Positions 51,977 through 62,767 of a stretch of DNA of 64,000 nt are shown here, in pieces. Numbering within the stretch: position 1 is the first letter of the stretch; each line of letters begins with the position of its first letter. The stretch is from sequence record MZ417521, one strand, 5' to 3'. Source of the stretch: Escherichia phage 132. The position numbers and the translations under genes are program-made. The notes beneath the pieces are model-generated. The model saw only the letters and a program-made list of their open reading frames with translations, was not told the origin of the DNA and did no database searches.

Positions 51977-54900
51977 ATGGCCGAGATTAAAAGAAAGTTC
52001 AGAGCAGAAGACGGTCTGGACGCAGGTGGCGATAAAATAATCAACGTAGCTTTAGCTGATCGTACCGTAGGAACTGACGGTGTTAACGTTGATTACTTAA
52101 TTCAAGAAAACACAGTTCAACAATACGATCCAACTCGTGGATATTTAAAAGATTTTGTAATCATTTATGATAACCGCTTTTGGGCTGCTATAAATGATAT
52201 TCCAAAACCAGCAGGAGCTTTTAATAGTGTACGCTGGAGAGCATTACGTACTGATGCTAATTGGACAACTGTTTCATCAGGACCTTATCAATTAAAGTCA
52301 GGCGAATCAATTTCAGTTGATACTGCAGCTGGTAATGACATTACATTTACTTTACCATCTTCCCCAATTGATGGAGATACTATCGTTCTCCAAGACATTG
52401 GAGGAAAACCTGGAGTTAACCAAGTTTTAATTACCGCTCCGGTGCAAAGCATTGTAAATTTTAGAGGTCAGCAAGTACGATCAGTACTAATGACTCATCC
52501 AAAATCGCAGATAGTTTTAATTTTTAGTAATCGTCTGTGGCAAATGTATGTTGCTGATTATAGCAGAGAAGCTGTAGTCGTAACACCGGCAAGTCTTTAT
52601 CAGGCGCAATCTAACGATTTTATCGTGCGTAGATTTACTTCCGCTGCGCCGATTAATATTAAACTTCCGAGATTTGCTAATCATGGCGATATTATTAATT
52701 TCGTCGATTTAGACAAATTAAATCCACTTTATCATACAATTGTTACTACATACGATGAAACAACTTCAGTGCAAGAAGTTGGAACTCATTCCATTGAAGG
52801 CCGTACATCGATTGATGGTTTCTTGATGTATGATGATAATGAAAAATTGTGGAGATTGTTTGACGGGGATAGTAAAGCACGTTTACGTATTATAACAACT
52901 AATTCTAGTATTCGTCCAAATGAAGAAGTTATGGTATTTGGAGCGAATAACGGAACAACCCAAACAATTGAACTTCAGCTTCCAACCGATATTTCCATTG
53001 GTGATACTGTTAAAATTTCCATGAATTATATGAGAAAAGGACAAACAGTTAAAATCAAAGCTGCTGGTGAAGATAAAATTGCTTCTTCAGTTCAATTGCT
53101 GCAATTCCCAAAACGTTCAGAATATCCACCTGAAGCTGAATGGGTGACTGTTCAAGAATTAGTTTTTAACGGCGAAACCAATTATGTTCCAGTTTTACAG
53201 CTTGCTTATATAGAAGATTCTGATGGAAAATACTGGGTGGTGCAGCAAAACGTGCCAACAGTTGAAAGAGTTGATTCTTTAAATGATTCTACTAGAGCAA
53301 GATTAGGCGTAATTGCTTTAGCTACACAAGCTCAAGCAAATGCTGATTTAGAAAATTCTCCGCAAAAAGAATTAGCAATTACTCCAGAAACATTAGCTAA
53401 CCGTACTGCTACAGAAACTCGTAGAGGTATCGCAAGAATAGCAACTACTTCCCAAGTGAACCAGGATACTACATTCTCTTTTGCTGATGATATTATCATC
53501 ACTCCTAAAAAGCTGAATGAAAGAACTGCTACAGAAACTCGTAGAGGCGTTGCTGAAATTGCTACACAACAAGAAACTAATGCAGGTACTGATGATGCTA
53601 CAATCATCACTCCTAAAAAGCTTCAAGCTCGACAAGGTTCTGAGTCATTATCTGGTATTGTAACCTTTGTATCTACTGCAGGAGCTACTCCAGCTTCTAG
53701 TCGTGAATTAAATGGTACAAACGTTTATAATAAAAACACTAATAATTTAGTTGTTTCGCCTAAAGCTTTGGATCAGTATAAAGCTACTCCAACCCAACAA
53801 GGTGCAGTAATTTTAGCAGTTGAAAGTGAAGTAATTGCTGGACAAAGCCAAGAAGGATGGGCAAATGCGGTTGTAACGCCAGAAACGCTACATAAAAAGA
53901 CATCAACTGATGCAAGAATTGGTTTAATTGAAATTGCTACGCAAAGTGAAGTTAATACAGGAACTGATTATACTCGTGCAGTCACTCCTAAAACTTTAAA
54001 TGACCGTAAAGCAACTGAAAGTTTAAGTGGTATAGCTGAAATTGCTACACAAGTTGAATTCGACGCAGGCGTCGACGATACTCGTATCTCTACACCATTA
54101 AAAATTAAAACCAGATTTAATAGTACTGATCGTACTTCTGTTGTTGCTCTATCTGGATTAGTTGAATCAGGAACTCTCTGGGACCATTATACCCTTAATA
54201 TTCTTGAAGCAAATGAGACACAACGTGGTACACTTCGTGTAGCTACGCAAGTTGAAGCTGCTGCAGGAACATTAGATAATGTTCTAATAACTCCTAAAAA
54301 GCTTTTAGGTACTAAATCTACTGAAGCGCAAGAAGGTGTTATTAAAGTTGCAACTCAGTCTGAAACTGTGACTGGAACATCAGCAAATACTGCTGTATCT
54401 CCAAAAAATTTAAAATGGATTGTGCAGAGTGAACCTACTTGGGCAGCAACTACTGCGATAAGGGGCTTTGTTAAAACTTCATCTGGTTCAATTACATTCG
54501 TTGGTAATGATACAGTAGGTTCTACCCAAGATTTAGAACTGTATGAGAAAAATAGTTATGCAGTATCACCATATGAATTAAACCGTGTATTAGCAAATTA
54601 TTTGCCATTAAAAGCAAAAGCGGTAGATAGTAATTTATTGGATGGTCTAGATTCATCTCAGTTCATTCGTAGGGACATTGCGCAGACAGTTAATGGTTCA
54701 CTAACCTTAACCCAACAAACGAATCTGAGTGCCCCTCTTGTATCATCTAGTACTGCTACGTTTGGTGGATCAGTTACAGCAGATAGTGTACTAACTATTT
54801 CTAATACTGGAACAGAAACTCATCTGATTTTTGAGAAAGGACCTCAAACTGGAACTAACCAAGCACAGACGGTGACTATTAGAGTGTGGGGTAATCAATT

Positions 54901-55846
54901 TAGTGGGGAATCAGATGCAACACGTTCTACTGTATTTGAAGTTGCCGATGAAACATCTTATCACTTTTATTCTCAGCGCGAAAAAGCTGGAAATATAACG
55001 TTTAGCATTAATGGTACTGTAATGCCAATAAATGTGAATGCTTTAGGTTCTTTGAACGCGAACGGCGTTGCAACATTTGGTAGTTCAGTTACAGCCAATG
55101 GTGAATTCATTAGCAAGTCTGCAAATGCCTTTAGAGCAATAAATGGTGATTATGGATTCTTTATTCGCAATGATGGATCAGTAACGAATTTTATGCTTAC
55201 TGCATCGGGTGATCAGACTGGTGGATTTAATGGATTACGTCCTTTAGCTATTAATAATGCATCTGGCCAAGTAACGATTGGTGAAAGCTTAATCATTGCC
55301 AAAGGTGCTACTATAAATTCAGGTGGTTTGACTGTTAACTCGAGAATTCGTTCTCAGGGTACTAAAACATCTGATTTATACACCCGCGCACCAACATCTG
55401 ATACAGTAGGATTCTGGTCAATCGATATTAACGATTCAGCCACTTATAACCAGTTCCCTGGTTATTTTAAAATGGTTGAAAAAACTAATGAAGTGACTGG
55501 GCTTCCATACTTAGAACGCGGTGAAGAGGTTAAATCTCCTGGTACGCTGACTCAATTTGGTAACACACTCGATTCGCTTTACCAAGATTGGATTACTTAT
55601 CCAACGACCCCAGAAGCGCGCACCACTCGCTGGACGCGTACATGGCAGAAAACCAAAAATTCTTGGTCAAGCTTTGTTCAGGTATTTGATGGAGGTAACC
55701 CTCCTCAGCCATCTGATATCGGTGCTTTACCATCTGATAATGCTATAATGGGGAATCTTACTATTCGTGATTTCTTACGAATTGGTAATGTTCGCATTAT
55801 TCCTGACCCAGTGAATAAAACGGTTAAATTTGAATGGGTTGAATAA
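51977..55846 (+). CDS. 34: Long tail fibre proximal subunit gp34
   Basis: 1289 aa, same length as T4 gp34; internal repeated motifs. Confidence 0.93.
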   Translation: MAEIKRKFRAEDGLDAGGDKIINVALADRTVGTDGVNVDYLIQENTVQQYDPTRGYLKDFVIIYDNRFWAAINDIPKPAGAFNSVRWRALRTDANWTTVSSGPYQLKSGESISVDTAAGNDITFTLPSSPIDGDTIVLQDIGGKPGVNQVLITAPVQSIVNFRGQQVRSVLMTHPKSQIVLIFSNRLWQMYVADYSREAVVVTPASLYQAQSNDFIVRRFTSAAPINIKLPRFANHGDIINFVDLDKLNPLYHTIVTTYDETTSVQEVGTHSIEGRTSIDGFLMYDDNEKLWRLFDGDSKARLRIITTNSSIRPNEEVMVFGANNGTTQTIELQLPTDISIGDTVKISMNYMRKGQTVKIKAAGEDKIASSVQLLQFPKRSEYPPEAEWVTVQELVFNGETNYVPVLQLAYIEDSDGKYWVVQQNVPTVERVDSLNDSTRARLGVIALATQAQANADLENSPQKELAITPETLANRTATETRRGIARIATTSQVNQDTTFSFADDIIITPKKLNERTATETRRGVAEIATQQETNAGTDDATIITPKKLQARQGSESLSGIVTFVSTAGATPASSRELNGTNVYNKNTNNLVVSPKALDQYKATPTQQGAVILAVESEVIAGQSQEGWANAVVTPETLHKKTSTDARIGLIEIATQSEVNTGTDYTRAVTPKTLNDRKATESLSGIAEIATQVEFDAGVDDTRISTPLKIKTRFNSTDRTSVVALSGLVESGTLWDHYTLNILEANETQRGTLRVATQVEAAAGTLDNVLITPKKLLGTKSTEAQEGVIKVATQSETVTGTSANTAVSPKNLKWIVQSEPTWAATTAIRGFVKTSSGSITFVGNDTVGSTQDLELYEKNSYAVSPYELNRVLANYLPLKAKAVDSNLLDGLDSSQFIRRDIAQTVNGSLTLTQQTNLSAPLVSSSTATFGGSVTADSVLTISNTGTETHLIFEKGPQTGTNQAQTVTIRVWGNQFSGESDATRSTVFEVADETSYHFYSQREKAGNITFSINGTVMPINVNALGSLNANGVATFGSSVTANGEFISKSANAFRAINGDYGFFIRNDGSVTNFMLTASGDQTGGFNGLRPLAINNASGQVTIGESLIIAKGATINSGGLTVNSRIRSQGTKTSDLYTRAPTSDTVGFWSIDINDSATYNQFPGYFKMVEKTNEVTGLPYLERGEEVKSPGTLTQFGNTLDSLYQDWITYPTTPEARTTRWTRTWQKTKNSWSSFVQVFDGGNPPQPSDIGALPSDNAIMGNLTIRDFLRIGNVRIIPDPVNKTVKFEWVE
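53380..54420 (+). repeat. Degenerate in-frame repeats within gp34 (approximate bounds)
   Basis: Protein motif (I/V)TPxxL...T...G...IAT recurs at least 8 times; spurious antisense ORFs arise here. Confidence 0.5.
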
Positions 55847-55854
55847 GAGGTATT

Positions 55855-56973
55855 ATGGAAAAATTTATGGCAGAGTTTGGACAAGGATATGTCCAAACGC
55901 CATTTTTATCGGAAAGCAATTCAGTAAGATATAAAATAAGTATAGCGGGTTCTTGCCCGCTTTCTACTGCAGAAGGACCATACGTTAAATTTCAGGATAA
56001 TCCTGTTGGAAGTCAAACATTTAGCGCAGGACTTCATTTAAGAGTTTTTGACCCTTCTACAGGAGCATTAGTTGATAGTAAGTCATATGCTTTTTCGGCT
56101 TCAAATGATACTACATCAGCTGCTTTTGTTGGTTTCATGAACTCTTTGACGAATAATAGACTTGTTGCTATATTAACTAACGGAAAAGTTAATTTTCCTC
56201 CTGAGGTAGTATCTTGGATAAGAACCGCAGGAACGTCTGCTTTTCCATCTGATTCTGTATTGTCAAGATTTGACGTATCATATGCTGCCTTTTATACTTC
56301 TTCTAAAAGAGCTATTGCATTGGAACATGTTAAACTAAGTAATAGAAAAAGCACAGATGACTATCAAACTATTTTAGATGTTGTATTTGATAGTTTAGAA
56401 GACGTCGGAGCTACAGGATTTCCTAAAAGAACATATGAAAGTGTCGAGCAATTTATGTCAGCAGTTGGTGGAACTAATAACGAAATTGCGCGATTACCAA
56501 CTTCAGCTGCTATAAGTAAACTATCTGATTATAATTTAATTCCTGGTGATGTTCTTTATCTTAAAGCACAGTTATATGCTGATGCCGATTTACTTGCGCT
56601 TGGAACTACAAATATATCTATCCGTTTTTATGATGAATCGAATGGATATATTTCTTCAACACACGCTGAGTTTACTGGTCAAGCTGGGTCATGGGAATTA
56701 AAGGAAGACTATGTAGTTGTTCCTGAAAATGCAGTAGGATTTACGATATATGCACAAAGAACTGCCCAAGCAGGTCAAGGAGGCATGAGAAATTTAAGCT
56801 TTTCTGAAGTATCAAGAAATGGCGGAATTTCAAAACCTGCTGAATTTGGCGTCAATGGTATTCGAGTTAATTATGTCTGTGAATCTGCTTCACCTCCAGA
56901 TATAATGGTACTTCCTACACAAGCATCGTCTAAAACTGGTAAAGTGTTTGGACAAGAATTTAGAGAAGTTTAA
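55855..56973 (+). CDS. 35: Long tail fibre hinge connector gp35
   Basis: 372 aa; synteny. Confidence 0.9.
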   Translation: MEKFMAEFGQGYVQTPFLSESNSVRYKISIAGSCPLSTAEGPYVKFQDNPVGSQTFSAGLHLRVFDPSTGALVDSKSYAFSASNDTTSAAFVGFMNSLTNNRLVAILTNGKVNFPPEVVSWIRTAGTSAFPSDSVLSRFDVSYAAFYTSSKRAIALEHVKLSNRKSTDDYQTILDVVFDSLEDVGATGFPKRTYESVEQFMSAVGGTNNEIARLPTSAAISKLSDYNLIPGDVLYLKAQLYADADLLALGTTNISIRFYDESNGYISSTHAEFTGQAGSWELKEDYVVVPENAVGFTIYAQRTAQAGQGGMRNLSFSEVSRNGGISKPAEFGVNGIRVNYVCESASPPDIMVLPTQASSKTGKVFGQEFREV

Positions 56974-56978
56974 ATTGA

Positions 56979-56996
56979 GGGAGCCTTCGGGTTCCC
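56979..56996 (+). terminator. GGGAGCC-UUCG-GGUUCCC hairpin plus T-run after gene 35
   Basis: 7-bp stem (one G-U pair), UUCG loop, then TTTTTCTTTAT. Confidence 0.55.
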
Positions 56997-57004
56997 TTTT
57001 TCTT

Positions 57005-57012
57005 TATAAATA
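57005..57012 (+). promoter_or_regulatory. Late promoter TATAAATA for gene 36
   Basis: Exact TATAAATA 25 nt upstream of ATG 57037. Confidence 0.55.
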
Positions 57013-57036
57013 CTATTAAAATAAAGGGGCAATACA

Positions 57037-57726
57037 ATGGCTGATTTAAAAGTAGGTTCAACAACTGGAGGCTCTGTCATTTGGCATCAAGGAAATTTTC
57101 CATTGAATCCAGCCGGTGACGATGTACTCTATAAATCATTTAAAATATATTCAGAATACAATAAACCACAGGCAACTGATAACGATTTCGTTTCTAAAGC
57201 TAATGGTGGCACAAAGTCTCAAGGTTTCCAAAAAGAAGTAGAATTTAAAGAAGGCGTTAAGATTTCTGCAACGTTTTCTGGCGGTTCAGACCTGAATGGG
57301 TTATATTCTGGCAATGGAGATGGAGCTTCCAGAGAAAAAGCTAACATGGATTTACGTTCATGGTACGGCATTGGTATTTGGAACACATGCACAAGCGATG
57401 GGATCCAGGGACGCACAATCTGGTTTAATGCCAGGAGTGGTAAAGTTGAAACAGTTGGCAATATTGTTTCTGGCCAACAAGTTATTTCTAATGCTTCAGT
57501 ACCGACCGGCCCAGCACACTTAACTCGCAAAGATTATGTCGATGGAGCAATAAATATTGTTACAGCAAACGCAAACTCTAGAGTATTACGCTCTGGAGAT
57601 ACTATGACAGGAAATTTAACTGCGCCAAACCTTTTTTCACAGAATCCTGCATCTCAACCCTCGCATGTTCCACGATTTGATCAAATTGTTATTAAGGATT
57701 CTGTTCAAGATTTCGGCTATTATTAA
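57037..57726 (+). CDS. 36: Long tail fibre distal connector gp36
   Basis: 229 aa; synteny. Confidence 0.9.
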   Translation: MADLKVGSTTGGSVIWHQGNFPLNPAGDDVLYKSFKIYSEYNKPQATDNDFVSKANGGTKSQGFQKEVEFKEGVKISATFSGGSDLNGLYSGNGDGASREKANMDLRSWYGIGIWNTCTSDGIQGRTIWFNARSGKVETVGNIVSGQQVISNASVPTGPAHLTRKDYVDGAINIVTANANSRVLRSGDTMTGNLTAPNLFSQNPASQPSHVPRFDQIVIKDSVQDFGYY

Positions 57727-57734
57727 GAGGACTT

Positions 57735-60700
57735 ATGGCTACTTTAAAACAAATACAATTTAAAAGAAGCAAAACCGCAGGAGCACGTCCTGCCGCTTCA
57801 GTATTAGCCGAAGGTGAATTGGCTATAAACTTAAAAGACCGTGTACTTTTTACTAAAGACGATCAAGGGAATATCATTGATCTGGGTTTTGCTAAGGGTG
57901 GTAGTATTGACGGGAATGTTATTCATATAGGAAACTATAATCAAACCGGTGATTATGCCCTGAAAGGTACTTTTACCCAAACAGGTAGTTATGCGGCATC
58001 CGGAAGTATAACAGCAAATGGTGATATTACTGCAAAAACCCGTTTAATGACAGATAATGGTGAAGTTCTTGTACGAGGTACAGGAACCACTCATGTTCGA
58101 TTCCAGGATTTGGCTGATGCACGTGAAAGAGGCATAATTTATTCACAATCACGCCCAGGAAATACCAAGCAAATCTTGAACGTTCGCGTCCAGGATTACG
58201 CTAATTCAACATCTAATATTTTTGCATTCAACGGTGATGGTTTATTTTATGCCCCATCTATTTCCGGCGGAACATCAGTAAAATCTCCAGTAATTTATAC
58301 CAATACTGTTAATACAGACAGTAAGAATATTGGCGATTACGATATATCTTCATTAGCAAATAATAATTCTGACACAGATAAAAACTATTTGCGCATTGTA
58401 CGTACCGATCCAGCGGCCGCAATGCTCCATGAAATTTGCGAAAATAACGGCATAAGTTGGTATTCGGGTTCGACTCCAACTGAGTATATGTTGTCATTTT
58501 CTTATTCTGGTGGGCTTCAAGCAGGCCATTCAATTGCAGTAGGTATGGAATCAATGCCTATGACATATTCAGCCTTAGGTAAAGGTTCTATTGCTCTTGG
58601 CGATAATGATACCGGGCTAAAATGGCATCAGGATGGATATTTCTATACAGTAAACAACGGAACAAGAACTTTCATCTATGGTCCAGGAGAAACGCAAAGC
58701 CTTAGAAAAATGGTTATGGCTTATTCTCCAGATGGGCTTCTTATGACAACGCCACCGACAGAAAACTATGCTTTGGCTACTGTTGTTACTTACCATGATA
58801 ATAACGCGTTTGGAGATGGTCAGACTCTTTTAGGATATTACCAAGGTGGTAATTATCATCATTATTTCCGCGGTAAGGGTACTACAAACATTAATACTCA
58901 CGGCGGTTTATTAGTTACTCCAGGCAATATTGACGTTATTGGTGGTTCGGTTAATATTGATGGTCGTAATAATGCTTCTACTCTGATGTTTAGAGGTAAC
59001 ACAACTGGTAGCAGTTCAGTTGATAATATGACAATTTCTGTATGGGGTAATACGTTTACTAATCCTAGTGTAGGTAATCGTAAAAACGTCATGGAAATTT
59101 CTGATGCAACTAGTTGGATGAGCTATATTCAAAGACTTACAACAGGTGAAGTAGAAATGAACGTTAACGGTTCATTTGAATCATCTGGTGTTACTGCTGG
59201 ACATAGAGGAGTTCACACAACAGGTGAAATTTCATCTGGAGCAGTGAATGCGCTTCGCATTTGGAATGCAGATTATGGAGTCATTTTCCGTCGTTCAGAA
59301 AACAGTCTTCATATTATTCCGACTGCTTACGGTGAAGGTAAAAATGGAAATATCGGTCCACTTCGCCCGTTCCGTATGGACCTTGATACAGGTAAAGTAA
59401 GTATTCCTAATATGGATACTACTAATTTGACTATGAACTCAAATGGTTCTATTAAATTTACTGGTCATGGTAATGGTACCGAGCTGTATATTAATCAGTA
59501 TGGGCAAGCGGCACCGATTTATCAAGAAATTAATAATGATTCCGCTTCTGCTTATATTCCAATTATAAAACAGAAATACTTAAATGGCGGTATAATGTGG
59601 TCTATGGGAACAGAACTTAATTCCGGTGATTTTGTAATCCATAGAATTAATGCCGCCGGTGATGAAAACCAAATTATTAAATTTGATAGTAACTGCGTTC
59701 CGCATTTCCCGGATAACGTGCTGGTTGGCGGTGATATTAACATGAAAGGCGCGATGACTTTTGACGCCGGACGTTTAGGATCACGAGATTATTTTAAATT
59801 TAACCATTGGGGTGATAGTAATAATGCTCGTGATAACATCATCCAGTTAGAAGATAGTCAAGGCGCCCATTTTTCCACTGAACGTACTTTAGCGACTGGT
59901 GCAATTAAAACTCGTTTCTTTGGCGAAACATTCACTGATGGTACATTATACCTAAATCAGATGAATAATAGCTCTGAACGATTCCATATCAATAATTGGG
60001 GAAATTCAGAAGTTGGTCGCGCGGCAGTGATGGAAGTCGGTGATTCCAAAGGTTATCACTTCTATACGGAACGCAGGACAGATAACAGTTTGACGTTTGA
60101 TGTTGCTGGCGATTTTACTGTGCATGGATCTTCCGGGATTACTATCAAAACCTCTACTGGTGCTCGCCATGTTTGGTTTAGAGGTGATAGCGATATAGAA
60201 AAGGCTGTTATTTGGGCGACCAATGATGGTATTTTACATATACGAAATAATTTTGGGGGTTCATTTAGTCATCACTTCCAGGGCGCAATGATTAAAGCGG
60301 GAGAGCGTGTTCCTTATGCCGGAGATCAAGGGCTTATTCGCGGTGAAGTTTCTGGTGGTGCTTATGTGGATTGGAGAGGCCGCCCTGCTGGTTTGTTGCT
60401 TGACTGTCAACAAAGCGTTGATAGTGCTCATGCTATTTGGAAAGCGGTTGATTGGGGGCGTAACTACATCGCTGCTCTGGACGTTCATATGCCCGGTAAT
60501 AGTAATAATACTGCAGCAGCGGTTCTCCATGTTCAGTCTGCTGATTATCAATTCCATGCAAGTGGAGAATTTCATGCCACTGGTAACGGAAGCTTTAACG
60601 ATGTGTATATTCGTTCTGACCGTCGCCTTAAAGACAATATAGAAGATTATACAGGAAATGCAACTGATTTAATCGGTAAACTGAAAGTTAAAACCTACGA

Positions 60701-60968
60701 TAAAGTTAAATCATTATCCGACCGTGAAATTATCGGTCATGAGATCGGCATTATCGCACAGGATTTACAAGAAATATTACCAGAAGCGATTAATATTTCG
60801 AAAATTGGCAATCTTGATAAACCAGACGAAGTTCTGACAATTTCTAACTCTGCTGTGAATGCTCTTTTAATTAAGGCCATTCAGGAAATGAGTGAAGAAA
60901 TTAAAGAATTGAAAACGCCTTTCTTCACTAAAATTGCTCGCAAAATTGGTAAATACTTTAAATTCTAA
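57735..60968 (+). CDS. 37: Long tail fibre distal subunit gp37 with C-terminal intramolecular chaperone (peptidase S74-like) domain
   Basis: 1077 aa; C-terminal ~116 aa begin S-DRRLKDNI (Ser961/Asp962 at 60615-60620), the signature at the autocleavage site of tail-fibre chaperone domains. Confidence 0.9.
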   Translation: MATLKQIQFKRSKTAGARPAASVLAEGELAINLKDRVLFTKDDQGNIIDLGFAKGGSIDGNVIHIGNYNQTGDYALKGTFTQTGSYAASGSITANGDITAKTRLMTDNGEVLVRGTGTTHVRFQDLADARERGIIYSQSRPGNTKQILNVRVQDYANSTSNIFAFNGDGLFYAPSISGGTSVKSPVIYTNTVNTDSKNIGDYDISSLANNNSDTDKNYLRIVRTDPAAAMLHEICENNGISWYSGSTPTEYMLSFSYSGGLQAGHSIAVGMESMPMTYSALGKGSIALGDNDTGLKWHQDGYFYTVNNGTRTFIYGPGETQSLRKMVMAYSPDGLLMTTPPTENYALATVVTYHDNNAFGDGQTLLGYYQGGNYHHYFRGKGTTNINTHGGLLVTPGNIDVIGGSVNIDGRNNASTLMFRGNTTGSSSVDNMTISVWGNTFTNPSVGNRKNVMEISDATSWMSYIQRLTTGEVEMNVNGSFESSGVTAGHRGVHTTGEISSGAVNALRIWNADYGVIFRRSENSLHIIPTAYGEGKNGNIGPLRPFRMDLDTGKVSIPNMDTTNLTMNSNGSIKFTGHGNGTELYINQYGQAAPIYQEINNDSASAYIPIIKQKYLNGGIMWSMGTELNSGDFVIHRINAAGDENQIIKFDSNCVPHFPDNVLVGGDINMKGAMTFDAGRLGSRDYFKFNHWGDSNNARDNIIQLEDSQGAHFSTERTLATGAIKTRFFGETFTDGTLYLNQMNNSSERFHINNWGNSEVGRAAVMEVGDSKGYHFYTERRTDNSLTFDVAGDFTVHGSSGITIKTSTGARHVWFRGDSDIEKAVIWATNDGILHIRNNFGGSFSHHFQGAMIKAGERVPYAGDQGLIRGEVSGGAYVDWRGRPAGLLLDCQQSVDSAHAIWKAVDWGRNYIAALDVHMPGNSNNTAAAVLHVQSADYQFHASGEFHATGNGSFNDVYIRSDRRLKDNIEDYTGNATDLIGKLKVKTYDKVKSLSDREIIGHEIGIIAQDLQEILPEAINISKIGNLDKPDEVLTISNSAVNALLIKAIQEMSEEIKELKTPFFTKIARKIGKYFKF

Positions 60969-60974
60969 TAACAA

Positions 60975-60987
60975 GGGGCATTGCCCC
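60975..60987 (+). terminator. GGGGC-AUU-GCCCC hairpin after gene 37
   Basis: 5-bp GC stem followed by TTT; gene 38 SD follows, so possibly an RNA stability element. Confidence 0.35.
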
Positions 60988-61001
60988 TTTGGAGATAAAT
61001 T

Positions 61002-61781
61002 ATGGCAGTAGTTGGTGTTCCTGGTTGGATTGGAAGTTCATCCGTAAATGAAACAGGACAACGATGGATGAGTCAAGCGGCTGGTCAATTAAGATTGGGT
61101 GTTCCTTGCTGGATGAGTCAATTTGCAGGACGCTCAAGAGAAATTATTCACACACTTGGAGCAGACCATAACTTCAATGGTCAATGGTTCCGAGATAGAT
61201 GTTTTGAGGCAGGTAGTGCACCTATAGTGTTTAATATCACTGGAAATTTAGTATCATATAGTAAAGATGTTCCATTATTCTTTATGTATGGCGATACACC
61301 AAATGAATATGTTACTTTGAATATTCATGGTGGAGTTCATATGTGGGGACGAGGTGGTAACGGTACTGTAAATGGAAACCCAGGCACAAATGGCGGCGAT
61401 GTAATCCAAAATGATATCGGCGGAAGACTTCGTATTTGGAACTATGGCGTTATTGCATCAGGCGGCGGTGGTGGTGGTGCAGTGTCATTACAGAATAGCT
61501 GGGCGCCAAATGCTACAGCAGGTGGCGGTGGTGGTAGACCATTTGGCATCGGCGGAGGCGGCGTTAATTGGCCGGGTGGTAATGCTAGTTATGACGCCCC
61601 GGGCGGTGCCGGTTACACTTCCCAATTCGGCGGAGGCAATGGCGGTGATGCTGGAGGTCGGGGCGGAGATGGATGGGGTAATCACTTATCTAGATCTGGC
61701 GGTGGTGCTCCTGGCAGAGCAGTATTCGGTTCTTCACCATCATGGGGCGCTACAGGCACGATCTACGGCTCCTGGATTTAA
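61002..61781 (+). CDS. 38: Receptor-recognising adhesin gp38 (T2-type, glycine-rich motifs)
   Basis: 259 aa; several poly-Gly islands ([41 protein letters not shown]) separated by variable segments, as in T2-family gp38. Confidence 0.85.
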   Translation: MAVVGVPGWIGSSSVNETGQRWMSQAAGQLRLGVPCWMSQFAGRSREIIHTLGADHNFNGQWFRDRCFEAGSAPIVFNITGNLVSYSKDVPLFFMYGDTPNEYVTLNIHGGVHMWGRGGNGTVNGNPGTNGGDVIQNDIGGRLRIWNYGVIASGGGGGGAVSLQNSWAPNATAGGGGGRPFGIGGGGVNWPGGNASYDAPGGAGYTSQFGGGNGGDAGGRGGDGWGNHLSRSGGGAPGRAVFGSSPSWGATGTIYGSWI

Positions 61782-61799
61782 ACGATAATACCTCTCAGT

Positions 61800-61807
61800 T
61801 ATAAATA
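61800..61807 (+). promoter_or_regulatory. Late promoter TATAAATA for holin gene t
   Basis: Exact TATAAATA 20 nt upstream of ATG 61827. Confidence 0.55.
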
Positions 61808-61826
61808 TTGATAAATTGGAGGTAAT

Positions 61827-62483
61827 ATGGCAGCACCTAGAATATCATTTTCGCCCTCTGGTATTCTGTTTGGTGTTCTAGATCGCTTGTTCAAAGATAA
61901 CGCTACCGGGAAAGTTCTTGCTTCCCGAGTAGCTGTCGTAATTCTTTTATTTATGATGGCGATTGTTTGGTATAGGGGAGATAGTTTCTTTGAGTACTAT
62001 AAGCAATCAAAGTATGAAACATACAGTGAAATTATTGAAAAGGAAAGAAATGCACGCTTTGAATCTGTCGCCCTGGAACAACTCCAGATAGTTCATATAT
62101 CATCTGAGGCAGACTTTAGCGCGGTATATTCTTTCCGCCCTAAAAACTTAAACTATTTTGTTGATATTATAGCATATGAAGGAAAATTACCTTCAACAAT
62201 AAGCGAAAAATCACTTGGAGGATATCCTGTTGATAAAACTATGGATGAATATACAGTTCATTTAAATGGACGTCATTATTATTCTGATTCAAAATTTGCT
62301 TTTTTACCAACTAAAAAGCCTACTCCCGAAATAAACTACATGTACAGTTGTCCATATTTTAATTTGGATAATATCTATGCTGGAACGATAACCATGTACT
62401 GGTATAGAAATGATCATATAAGTAATGACCGCCTTGAATCAATATGTGCTCAGGCGGCCAGAATATTAGGAAGGGCTAAATAA
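61827..62483 (+). CDS. t: Holin T
   Basis: 218 aa; single N-terminal TM segment and large periplasmic domain; matches T4 T by recall. Confidence 0.95.
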   Translation: MAAPRISFSPSGILFGVLDRLFKDNATGKVLASRVAVVILLFMMAIVWYRGDSFFEYYKQSKYETYSEIIEKERNARFESVALEQLQIVHISSEADFSAVYSFRPKNLNYFVDIIAYEGKLPSTISEKSLGGYPVDKTMDEYTVHLNGRHYYSDSKFAFLPTKKPTPEINYMYSCPYFNLDNIYAGTITMYWYRNDHISNDRLESICAQAARILGRAK

Positions 62484-62756
62484 TTATTTGTTTGTATACA
62501 TCTCTAGATATCGATATACACCTTCAAAACCCTCGTTGAATTCGTCGATGAGGGTTTTCTTATCTTCTTGGGTTAATTCAGAAACAATTTTACGGAATGA
62601 ATTCTGATTTAACTTTCTACCTTCATGCGTTACTCCAATCTCATTCAGAAATGCAATAAAATTAGCACGATTCTCAACAATATCTTCTCTGGAAAATTTA
62701 ATCAAAATAGATGCAACAGTAATAATTTCACGAACTGTATCAATGTTTTTATTCAT
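62484..62756 (-). CDS. asiA: Anti-sigma70 factor AsiA
   Basis: 90 aa; MNKNIDTVREIITVASILIKFSREDIVENRANF... matches T4 AsiA by recall. Confidence 0.95.
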   Translation of the reverse strand: MNKNIDTVREIITVASILIKFSREDIVENRANFIAFLNEIGVTHEGRKLNQNSFRKIVSELTQEDKKTLIDEFNEGFEGVYRYLEMYTNK

Positions 62757-62767
62757 TAACTATACCA

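Noticed and set aside
53332-53635. Minus-strand ORFs inside gene 34 (53332..53610, 53393..53635)
   Set aside because: Antisense to the repetitive region of the gp34 ORF; arise from repeat periodicity, no independent start signals
61411-61788. Alternative-frame ORFs within gene 38 (61411..61788 plus, 61488..61685 minus)
   Set aside because: By-products of the G-rich glycine-codon runs in gp38; the gp38 frame is continuous and has the expected start context
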